Below, piece after piece: positions 32,501-44,000 of a stretch of 64,000 nucleotides of DNA. A program made the translations under genes and the position numbers. Where the stretch lies: the NCBI GenBank assembly GCA_030141605.1, contig JAQGDQ010000049.1:558001-622000 (forward strand), given 5' to 3'. Numbering within the stretch: the first letter of the stretch is position 1; every line of letters begins with the position of its first letter. The DNA is from Tubiluchus corallicola (Eukaryota > Animalia > Priapulida). The notes below the pieces were generated by a model that ran no database searches, was not told where the DNA came from, and was given only the letters and a program-made list of their open reading frames with translations.

Positions 32501-35500
32501 CTAAGTTGATCGCACATTTAGTTCACATTTTGTATGATTTGAAATGTAATGCAGATATTGAATTGAATTGAATTTGTGTCACGCAAAAAACAATATACAG
32601 CAGAGTGTAAGTGATAAAATAGTATTTAAAGGAAGAGATGAGGTGGAGAAAGACACTAAGGTTACCGAGCATCTAGCCCTTACTCATAATACTATGTGAT
32701 AAACTGGTAAGTTGGTGGCGTTAGAATTTAAGCAACTTATTTTTTTAATTAGAGTTTTTATAAATTGACTGGCAAATATTCTTGGCGAACAAGATAGTTT
32801 TTTGCAATGTGCCAATATCATAGGCATCAATTTTTCATTTTCTTTTTTATTTAAATTAATTAAAAACTATATTTGTTGATTCAGCATTGTATATAGGTAC
32901 AAATAAGCTATAGAATATTTCAATGTCAAGTTTGTATGTTTGCTTTTTATATTAGCGGTACAGTTCAAAAAGAATGATAACCTTGTAACTAAGTTTTTAT
33001 CTAATTAGGTATTATGTACATAAAGTTAAAAGAAGCACTTTCCTTTATGTAAAATTGGTATTGAATTTACTGCTCTCCATCTCACGTAAGATAATAAAAA
33101 ATACAATGTATCGACTAGTTTATGTAAGGCCTAATGATTACTTGTGTTGGTAGTATTTAATTAGAAATTTTAGGTTTTTATCTAAAATTCAGTTACAAAA
33201 ATCAGTTAAAGCATGTTGTGCCATTTGAAAAAATGTTGTGAATGTTTGTTTGCATTGTACTTTATTCTACTTTTGTATGCATCATGCAAGTGGTGATAAT
33301 TATTTCACTGTTTTTCCCAATTAGTATTTAATTTATTTTGCTCAACTGAACTACATTAGGTACCAGTATATCATGTGAGTAAGTAAGCAGTGAGCAATTT
33401 ATTGTCATTATATTATAATATAATGAAATTTGCCATATACAAAGATATAGAGAATATTGCAAATTTACTGTTGATAGTGCAAACTGCAACACGATAGAAA
33501 GAATTTAAAGTCCTTGTGGTGTTAGTGTTAAGTGAACGGCATCTATAGCCAGAGGGAGCACTTCAATAAACTTATTATCAGGAATACATTCATCACTAAT
33601 GGTAACTTGCACTCTCTTTGCAACCCTCATTTCGTACAAATTTGTTACCGGAAAAAGATCTTGTTTATCATAAGTGTAAGTAGCTGATGAATGAATGATA
33701 ATTAATGATATTAAATTTAACACTGTAACTGCAAGTGAAACCTAGTCACCATGTATAGGTTCCATCCTGAAAAGTTCTTAATGTGTATGCAATTAGTTTA
33801 AAAATAAAAGAATAGTACGTGTAACATATTATGTAGTAATTTCAGTAGTAAGATAGTCTAGCACAGTGCTCCATGGTCTTTTATGAATTATTACTGCGTG
33901 TAAAATTGTAATGTCCGGTGAACGAGAACAAATGAATTGAATTGCTTCAAAACTAAACTCTTAACAAGTTTGAAGGAATACGTTTTGAAGCAAAGAGCAG
34001 TAATAACATTCATTGTCTTTCATTCTTAAAGCACTTGAGATTATCGCATCCATGCTAACTACCATGCACTATACTTTGTTTTAGTGAAATTGCTATGCTC
34101 CTGTTGCTCCTGTGATCAACTTTGTTATTGTTATTACTACTCCAGACTAGTAAGGATCATAATAGTGCCCTGTTCTTTGTATCTCTAAAGTCTTGTTCCG
34201 TGTCTGAACAACTAAGTGTTTGTTAGTCATTATGCAGTGACCATTATATGCATTTTAAATTTATACTGTATTTTGAAACAAAGAACAGCTGTTTCCCTAG
34301 TTCTGTCAGTTCTTTATAAACCAAAAACCTATTTTTTTCTGAGCCAATAATAACACAGTTTGCATGAATTTATTTTATTTTATGTCTGAAAATTTTTGCA
34401 AAGTTTTCAAACTCCAGTCTTTTAAATATTTGTAGTTTAAGAGTGATCACCAGTTACTGAAAGTGCTTACTTGGTACGAATTCAGAGTGCCCACCAGTCA
34501 CTGAAACCTGCTTACTTGCTATGAATTCACAGTGACCACCAGCCACTGAAACCTGCTTACTTGGTGTAAAAATTCTGCCTTTTAGGTGCTATTGATGAAT
34601 ATGGAGAAATGCCCTACTATGCTGAAGAGTGTGCTTCTATGCTTGCAGTTACCTACAGCAATGGTCAGGCTGGAAGACCTATAGTAAGCAACTTGTTCAC
34701 ATGACTGCCTGTTGAATTTTCATCAATTACTTTGTAATTTCATTAGTTCTGTGATCTTATTGTATTTTAACGAGCCATCTTGAAGTCAGGCTAATAAATT
34801 ATTAATAAAACAGCGCAATGTTTTTGATGGGCATTGGATTGGGTGTTTTTTAATTTTGAGAATTAATCAACTAACCAAATATTTTCAACTTTTTAAAGTT
34901 AATGATATATATACGTCTTATTTTTTCCCATTGAATATATTGCTGTACTGCATATGCTTGGTAGCAACTGATGCTGACAATGAAAGAGACTGGGAATTAC
35001 TCATTCAACGTAACAGAAGCCTGTGTGCTAGCGCTAAGCACATTCTTGTTTTACTAATGAATATATTGCTGTACCGCATTTGCTTAGGTTACAACAGATG
35101 TCTCTTTCAATGACGGTGCCGGGTGTACGAACTCTCACAGTGGTACTTCTGCTGCTGCACCGTTAGCTGCCGGAATAATTGCACTGATGTTACAAACTAG
35201 ACCTTGTTTAACGTGGAGAGACGTACAGTATATCATAGCGATAACTGCCCAGAAGGTATGTTAACCAATGCTAAATTGAGATTTCAAAAAAAAACAGAGT
35301 ACATATCGAAGTGCTGTAGGAGGTAGGTGAGTGTATTTATTGATGTTAACAATTTGGTTATTTACAAGAGTAATCAAAACTAGTAACAAATAAATATTTC
35401 AACTTTCAACAATTTATACCCACAACTGCTGTAGAGGCTGTAGAAGACATTCGGGTATTTACGGTTATTTACAGTTCTATTAACAAGTAACAATTATCTT

Positions 35501-38500
35501 CCATAGCCATAAAAGCCATCATAACCATAACCTCCAGGAATTCCTCTACGACGACCATGTATGTGATAATTCAGTGTTGTCAAATTGTAATAAGGTTGGC
35601 CATAACTACCATAATATGGATAGCCGATGCCTCCATAGCCTCCTCCGTAACCACCGTAGCCTCCATAACCACCGTGGCCTCCGTAGCCGCCATAGCCTCC
35701 ATAACCACCGTGGCCTCCGTAGCCGCCATAGCCGCCATACCCACCATAGCCTCCATAACCATCGTGGCCTCCGTAGCCGCCATAGCCTCCATAACCATCG
35801 TGGCCTCCGTAGCCGCCATAGCCTCCGTAGCCTGCACCATGGCCTCCGCCATAGCCTCCGTAGCCTGCACCATGGCCTCCACCATAGCCTCCGTAGCCTG
35901 CACCATGGCCTCCACCATAGCCTCCGTAGCCTGCACCATGGCCTCCACCATAGCCTCCGTAGCCTGCACCATGGCCTCCACCATAGCCTCCGTAGCCTGC
36001 ACCAAGGCCTCCACCATAGCCTCCGTAGCCTGCACCAAGGCCTCCACCATAGCCTCCGTAGCCTGCACCATGACCTCCACCATAGCCTCCGTAGCCTGCA
36101 CCATAGCCTCCATAGCCACCAAGCTCAGTACCTCCAAGAAGCATTGCAGTTATCCTGTGAACAATCTGAAATGGGAAAACACTGATCAAGTTCACAGCTG
36201 ATAATTATGATAAAAAAGTGTAGTGTACGAAAAATTCAAGAATGAGATTGCATTTTAAAAACAAATTCTTGTTTTTAGATAGATAATAACACATGCATTT
36301 CTGAAACGTGATCTTTTCATTTTATAAACTAATTACTGAATAGCAAAAGATTATGAACTTACCAGAAATGTGGCAACGAGCAGCAGAGCAATTTTGAAAG
36401 CCATGTTGAATATTGCTGGTCGTTTCCAAATTCCTCCCCACAGCTAAAGATAAACCAAAATTGAAGTTAACCAGGCAGTATACTAAGCTAATATTTGTTC
36501 TGCTGCACACAGTTGATGTTTTAAATTGAATTGTCAATTTTACACTAACTTCTCACCTAGTCCAGTTGTAAGTCTTGCAACCTGTAAACCCACAAACACT
36601 CTGTCATACACTGGCTTCAGACTGCTACTTTATGCACAGTCTTATAACTTCATGGGTTGTACTATTTTATTAATCGAGGGGTGATTTGTGATACCTGCAG
36701 TATGTTTAGAGCCAGCAAGTAGTTGAAACTAGATCAAACTACCCTATTGTGGAGTGCTGTGCTCTTGTCAAGTACTGGACATTGATATTCAGGTCTTGGT
36801 TAACAAATTTATTTCCAAAATGGCTTTAACTGCTATTTTAGTATCTACAGCAAGTCAAAGTCATTGTATTAATTTCACACTTGTGACCGTAGAAAAGTAC
36901 AGTTAACGACTGCAAACATGATTTTACTACTTTAGGTGATAAACTCATGATTTTTGAACAGTGGCAATGAAACTTTTATCACATTTAAATATTAGCTGTA
37001 AAATATTGACATAGTTTTGAGTGGAGGTATAAAATGCATAATTATGTTAACTTGACAAATATAAATTTATTAATGCTTTTCTGGAAATTAAGAGAGTATT
37101 TTAATTTCGATTTTTTAATAACAGGTCTGTCAAGACTACTGACCTACAAAATATATCTTTTGTCAATTTATAGCTTGAGGATATTATATAAAACACATAA
37201 TAACTAAATAAACTCAGATTTGCCACCCACATCAGTTTACATAATAAAAACTGTTAAGCTCCAGCTAATGCATACCAGTTAATTGCAGTGGCGACAGCTA
37301 TAGTGATATTTAGATTTTAAAAGAATGCAATTGCATAATCATGCTGATATTTAGATTTTAAAGGAGCACCACTTCATAATGTTGTTTTTTTGAACAATAG
37401 ATGGCACCATTCGGTTGGCATATTGATATTGTGCATACTGAGATGTTTGCATTCCTTGTGGTAGCTTTTTTGCCATTTGTTAAAATTATTCTTGAACATG
37501 TTAAAATAAAACTGTCATTTATATAGCTTTTGTTATAATATAATTTTTAGAGTCATTCTTTTTAATTGCACTGCATTTTTATTTTAACTTCTTCTTTTTG
37601 TTTCCTGCTATTATTACATTATGCCACTTAATAATTTTGAGCTCTTGGCTCCACCACCAGTTTGACACCTACTGTTCAGTGCAATGAATTAATTATTTAC
37701 TCAGACAGTCAAACTTAAAACCAACTTCATACATTTCTTTTTGTGTCTAATATAGGAATGTGCTGTTTACAGATTTTTCAATTTTATTTTTGTAATTCTG
37801 TAAAAACTAAACTGAAATAGATTTTTTGAAAACTGATGTCACCATTTTTTCGAAGCAGTAGACACTGGGATGGAACACAACTCCGGCACACACAACCTGG
37901 ACAACAGTAAAATACACTCACTACAGGCACTAGTGTGTTACGATGTATAGTTACATCACTGTGTAGTTACCTCATAATTAATTACCAATTTAATTATTGT
38001 TTGTATTTTATTAAATAGTAATGGCTTTTTCTACAAAATATTTTTAACAAAGTATCATTTTTTGATTAAAAGCCTTATAGCATATTTCTACCAAAAATAT
38101 TGAAAGCAGTTATAAAAGTGAAGTCAAAAAACTGTTACCATGAAAATCGTGACATTTTAAGCCCAGAAAAGAAGGAGATCGATCCGAAATTAAAAAATTT
38201 TAAATCGCACATAAGTTTATATCTAGATTGTAACTCTTTGGATATTCTTGCTAAAATGGCAGTGGTGGTAATGTGTATTATTTTATTTTGTTTAAATTTA
38301 TTGACAATTATTAAAATTACAAGATAAAATTATATACAAAAATACAATAATAAAAATGCGATTGACAAAATCTACACACTAATAATACATAATAATTGTC
38401 TATACCGCATACACTCTCCTATTCGTTACCATTTTCCATTAATTATAGAAAAACAATGTTTAATGAACAGACACAATGCATTAATGTCAGCTTCAAACAA

Positions 38501-40072
38501 TTGCCTTATAGATGAAAATACTAAATTATGATCAGTACTATATTTTGTTCTAACACGCTTGTAAATGGGCGATGTCAGAAAACATGTTCTTCGCTTTGAA
38601 CACTTACTTTATCACGTGGACACACTTTCCTATCCCTAGGGATACGAGCCCTCCTGCATTTTTTGACTAATAAATCGTGAGATGATAATTTATATAGTAT
38701 AAGTTAGTTAATGCTCTAGTATAAGCTAACCTAGCATATTCAGGAACATTAATGCTTGATGACCATGCATAGTACGAAGAGCTTTGAATTAAATTTTTGT
38801 TAATGCTTCTATATGTAAGAAATTTAGTAACAGTAGCATTAATTATGAACTGACACCTGTTATTGTTATCATCTAAAAAGACATAGTTATTCAAATTAGT
38901 GAACACTTCATTATATAAAGGTAATGTGCTAAAGTACTACCAACATTTGCAGCAATGTTAAAAGCTATAAACAATTGGCTATGGTTATCAAAATTGCATA
39001 ATAACTTCTGCCAGAAATTGACTTAACTGTGTAGAATGTAAGAATGAAGAGATGGCGAATTAGCTTCAAAATGAGAAAGTTCGTATAACATGTGTGACAT
39101 AACAGGACAGGTGTAGAAATCCTCCCCCTCATGGCATAAAAAGATAGGATGTCTATGGCAGTCTGAAGATGACACATGAGAAAGTCAAACTTTTTCATAA
39201 GTTATAGAAAGCAATCATGGTATAATGATCTCTGTGTTCGTTATTCTGTATAACTGCTGTCCGTCAGACAATTTTGACTGATCTTACAATTAGTTGTAAG
39301 TAGTATCTTGCAATCTTGCAAATCTTTCTCCTAGGTGTCAGTTAAATCACTAAATGTACCAATACTGATGCTGCATCTTTGTTGCAGGTGGATGTGGATC
39401 ATGCCGCATGGTATAGAAATGCAGCCGGACTTTATCATAGCCATAAGCATGGTTTTGGTTCTATGGATGCGTGGAGGCTAGTAAATGCTGCTAAGGTATG
39501 CAATACATACCTAGAGTGATCGTGTAATTGTGCAAGTATGATCACATACCTCCAGCATTATGGGCTCTTCACTGGCTTCTGGTGCAATCTAGAATCAAAT
39601 TCAAAATTGCTGTGCTGGTGTTTAAATGTTTACATGGTCAAGCCTTGTACTAGTTTTCAGAACTGAACACTGTCTGCACGCCAACCAGAAACTTAAGAAC
39701 CAGCTATAAAATCTGCTTGTGCCTAGGACACAAACAAAAACTTTAGGTACACGTGCTTTTTCCCATGCCACTTCAACTGTTTGGAACAGCCTTGCACTGA
39801 ATATTAGAAGCTGCGATAATATAATTGCATTTTAAAAATTGGTCAAGACACATCTTCTTAAATTAGAATATGGGAATTAAATTGGATTTTAACATTGCTT
39901 GCATTTTGCAAACTAGGCTTTATGTTTTTTTTTTTAATTTAAATTTTTAAGGTTTTTCTGGATGAAGTTATACTGTTCATAAGTGTGTGATTTACTGTAG
40001 ATTTTGTAAAATCTTTGGTTGTAAAGCACAACTGAGTATTTTTGTATATTTGGGACGCTGTATAAATTTTAT

Positions 40073-40127
<55 letters not shown>

Positions 40128-41043
40128 ATAGAATAGAAGCAACTTACAGTTATAAAATTGAAAAAATGGAATAGAGTGGAATTCTTTGTTTGTACGCATT
40201 TGCAAATTACATACGCAGGATGTAATGCTGGAATGCCAGAAGCATGAATGGCTGTTCGGCAAGTCTCAACTAAAATTCAAATTGGGTATATCAGTTATGA
40301 GTAAAAATGAGTAGGAAATGGAACAGGAATAAGATTAGTAGGATTAGTTGAAAAAAAGGAGGAAAGGGGAAAGAATAAGACAGAATAATTATAAAATTAG
40401 AATTACATTATGTAGACATTACAAAATTTTTGATTAATTTGATAATAAAAAATACGAAAAACACTTACAAAACCTGCTATTTGTCCTATTTTGTTACTAA
40501 AGTGCATTTCGTGTATAATAATAACAGCACAGCCACAAGTCAATAAAATAAATTCTCAATTTCAGTACAATTTCTCAGCAGAGTTGATAAAATGGTACAC
40601 GTACGGAGCCTGTCACTGCAGCAGACCTTGTGTCAAAAACAAATATTCTACATAAGCCATTTCCTAAGTAAATTGTACACGTATTGTATAAATTGTAATA
40701 AATGTACGCTTCATGCTTTTCTTATTACACTTATTTCAACATGTATCTTATGAAACGTAAAATATATGTTATAAGACCACTAGACTAAACGACCAGACGG
40801 CTTAGTCTAGTGGTAATGCGTCTGCTTTCCGTCTGGGAGGTCGTGAGTTCGAACCAGTGGCCGGGTCATACCAAAGACTTTAAAAATGATACCTGCTGTT
40901 GCCCTGCCTGACGCATGGTATTTAGGGTAAAAGTGGGGTAATAATAGTCTCTGTTATGTAGTTGTAGGTTGTTATTTACAGTCGGCGATAATAGCTCTTT
41001 GAGCTAATGTTAATTGTTGACCCAAAGCCGACTTTAAATAAAG

Positions 41044-41078
<35 letters not shown>

Positions 41079-44000
41079 GGCTACACCTTCACATAATCTA
41101 AAATCGAAGTCGAAATAATTTTCAATGATCGAATCAATATCGAAATAGCTTTTATCTCAACTGATTGCAAATGCTGCTGCCATTACTGTATCAGCTAAAT
41201 GGGATTTAAACAAACTTATTTTTGGAGGTGCATGTGGTCTTACTTACACCCAGCTGCTAGGTATGAGCATTGAGCTGACAGATTTGAATGCTCGAATTTT
41301 TTTTAGTTGAGTTTTTTAGTTCAAATCGATTTGAATCTAAAATTACGAATTTGAATAATTTAGCACTTCAACTACATACGTTCTTTATCATTAAAGCGTG
41401 TGAAACATCGTGCAATCAGAACAGTTTAGCTGCAATTTTTGTGTAATATTTTTAAATCAATCATTAGTGTTTTACTGCATAACAAAATTAAGTAATATGC
41501 TTGATCTTTGTAAGACTGCATTTTACTAACGATTTTAAGGTAACACAGCACATTTATGTGTTATTTTTTTGTTCCCGAGCAAAATCCTGCTAGTGAATCA
41601 CTCTACGCACAGACTAATACATAATTAAGTAAAGTCCATGTAAAACAACTGAAGTTACTGAACTGATATGGCAGGATGGCTTTGCTTTACCCACAAGTCA
41701 CGTTACGGTTGTAGTTAAGATGTCTGGCTGTGGTACACATAATCTTTGATCAGCAGCAACTGGATGTGCGCACAACGAAACTGTGAAAAGTCTTATTATT
41801 CGGGCTTGAGTTTTGATTTCGCTTTTCTAGGTATGGTCTAGTGTTCCGTGGCAGTCTATATACACTACAGAGAAACTGGAGGAATTGAAGCCTATACCAC
41901 TTCAATCTAAAGTTCTCAAACTGAATTATACAGGTAGATTATGATCAAATTTAATGCAAGTGAAAAAGTGAAAAAAATGCTTTTTTACACTTTACAGAAA
42001 GGTTTACCTGGTGATTACCATGCTTGGTGCAGTTTTAGGGCTTAACTGGATTTTTTGCATGCATTCTTCACAGACAGTTATTTTGTTGAGGGATAATCAT
42101 CACCATTTCTATCAGTTACCAGTTTGTTACTTGTGTGTTCTGTAAATCATACCTAGATGTAGAAACTATTTTATTAACAAAATTTATGCTTTACGGTGTA
42201 TGGACACGTGAGGATCACATCTGCGACAAATAAAATCTAGTTAATATACTGGTTGCTGATTATCAAAAAAACTTTTCATGATTTTTAAATTATATTTGTC
42301 AAGGAGGAAACCCAACTCTGTCCGTTTATAACCTTATGTCCGGATGAAAATGAACATAACAGTAGGCAGTGAGGTATTGTCGTATGATTCTCAGCTAAAG
42401 AGCAGAACATTTAAAATAAGATACGATGGGATAGGATAGAATGGGATGGGATGGGATGGGATGGGATAGGATAGGATAAGATAAGATAGGATAGGATAGG
42501 TTAGAATAGGATAGGATAGGCTAGGACAGGATAGGGTAGGGTAGGGTAGTGTAAGGTAAGATAAGGCAAGGTAAGGTAAAATAAAATAGGATAAGATAAA
42601 ATTTACTTTGCCTTGTGGTAATCGTACATCAACTAATTTCATTTGATTTAACATTAAAATGTAATAATGATTAGTAATTATTAATCATTTAATTATTTAA
42701 TAATAAATAAAAGTTAATGTTATAATGCACCTTATTCACAAGGGATAGGTGACTGTTTCGTTCATTTTATGATTGTTTGCTCATGTACACAGATGAAACA
42801 ACAACATGTACACGTGAACAAACATAATCTTAAAATGACTGAAACAGTCACCTATCCCTTGTTCATAATGTACATTATTACATTAAATTTATTCCTGTGC
42901 AATGCGGTTGTTATGATTATCTTACTATAGGTAATGAACCTATGTTTAAAAAAATAAATGTACAGCAAAGTCAAACCTAAAATTAAATGACACATCATAG
43001 AGGCTAGGAAACTGATTGTCGTTTAAAGTTAGCATTAAATTGTCTTACTGCACTTGGGATAATAGAGTTCAGGAATCTATTAGTTTTACAAATAAAACTT
43101 TTATAACTGCCAGATTTCAGTTTCTCAAAATTTGATGCAAGAGGATGAGATTGGTCATTTGCAATAAGCATTTTGACTTTTGGTTGTTTTTTCTGCAAAA
43201 AGGTCTTCTATTTTACATACTTGAGTGCCACATAAACCTGACCAGCAGTACCAGTAATTTCATTTAAAAAATACATGTCGTCATTAGTAAGATTTTTTCC
43301 CACACATTGCAGTGGTACATGATAAGAGATTGTACAATAGATTTGTGAAATAATTGCATCACCTTTGCTTTTATTTTATGTATGTACTGTGCAACCTGTT
43401 AACATTTACTGGGGCAGTTAAAGCAATAATAACCGACTTTTATTTACTTAATAATAAGAAATAAGCAATGCCAGCAAGTGTTGTGTGACATTTTCATTTG
43501 TATTTGCCAGAAAAGCCAATAGGGTACTTTTACAGCTAATTCAATAAATGAGGCTGATTTAGTAAACATATTTGAAGAATTGAAAATGCTTGCTAAATTA
43601 GAGGACAAAGAGACTATTTTGCCATGTCGCTTACAAGCTATTATAAGCTTCTTGAACTGCTGCAGTAGTATTGTCACAAAGGGATTCTAATTGAAATCAT
43701 TATACACATTAGTGTTAAAATTTATCTGTTAAAACAGTTTGAACTAAAATTATGTAATGATGTATATGTATGTGAAATGTATGCTACTATGATATGTTAT
43801 TACAGTGAAATAAATAAATTGAAATTGAATCTTGGTAGACTTCACAAATGTGGTTCTCAACAGATAGATTAACATTTGTTATTTGATGGATGGATTACTC
43901 CAATTAGAGCAAGAATTGCATGAGCACTTAGGCATTACACTGAAAAACAGAGAACTAAACAATATTTAAAAGAATTAATAAAATATAGGGTCACCCAGAG

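Noticed and set aside
35557-36201. Alternative-frame ORFs (IASVACT, HHSLRSL, MVQATEA repeats)
   Set aside because: Shadows of the 33-bp coding repeat; only the Gly-rich minus frame links to a signal-peptide exon through canonical splice sites.
36443-36640. 5' UTR exons and TATA box for the nested gene (acceptor 36444, possible 25-nt exon 36581-36557)
   Set aside because: Splice-like signals are plausible but cannot be confirmed without transcripts.
40791-40865. tRNA gene
   Set aside because: A and B boxes are present but there is no paired acceptor stem, and it continues into a SINE body and tail with a second diverged copy.
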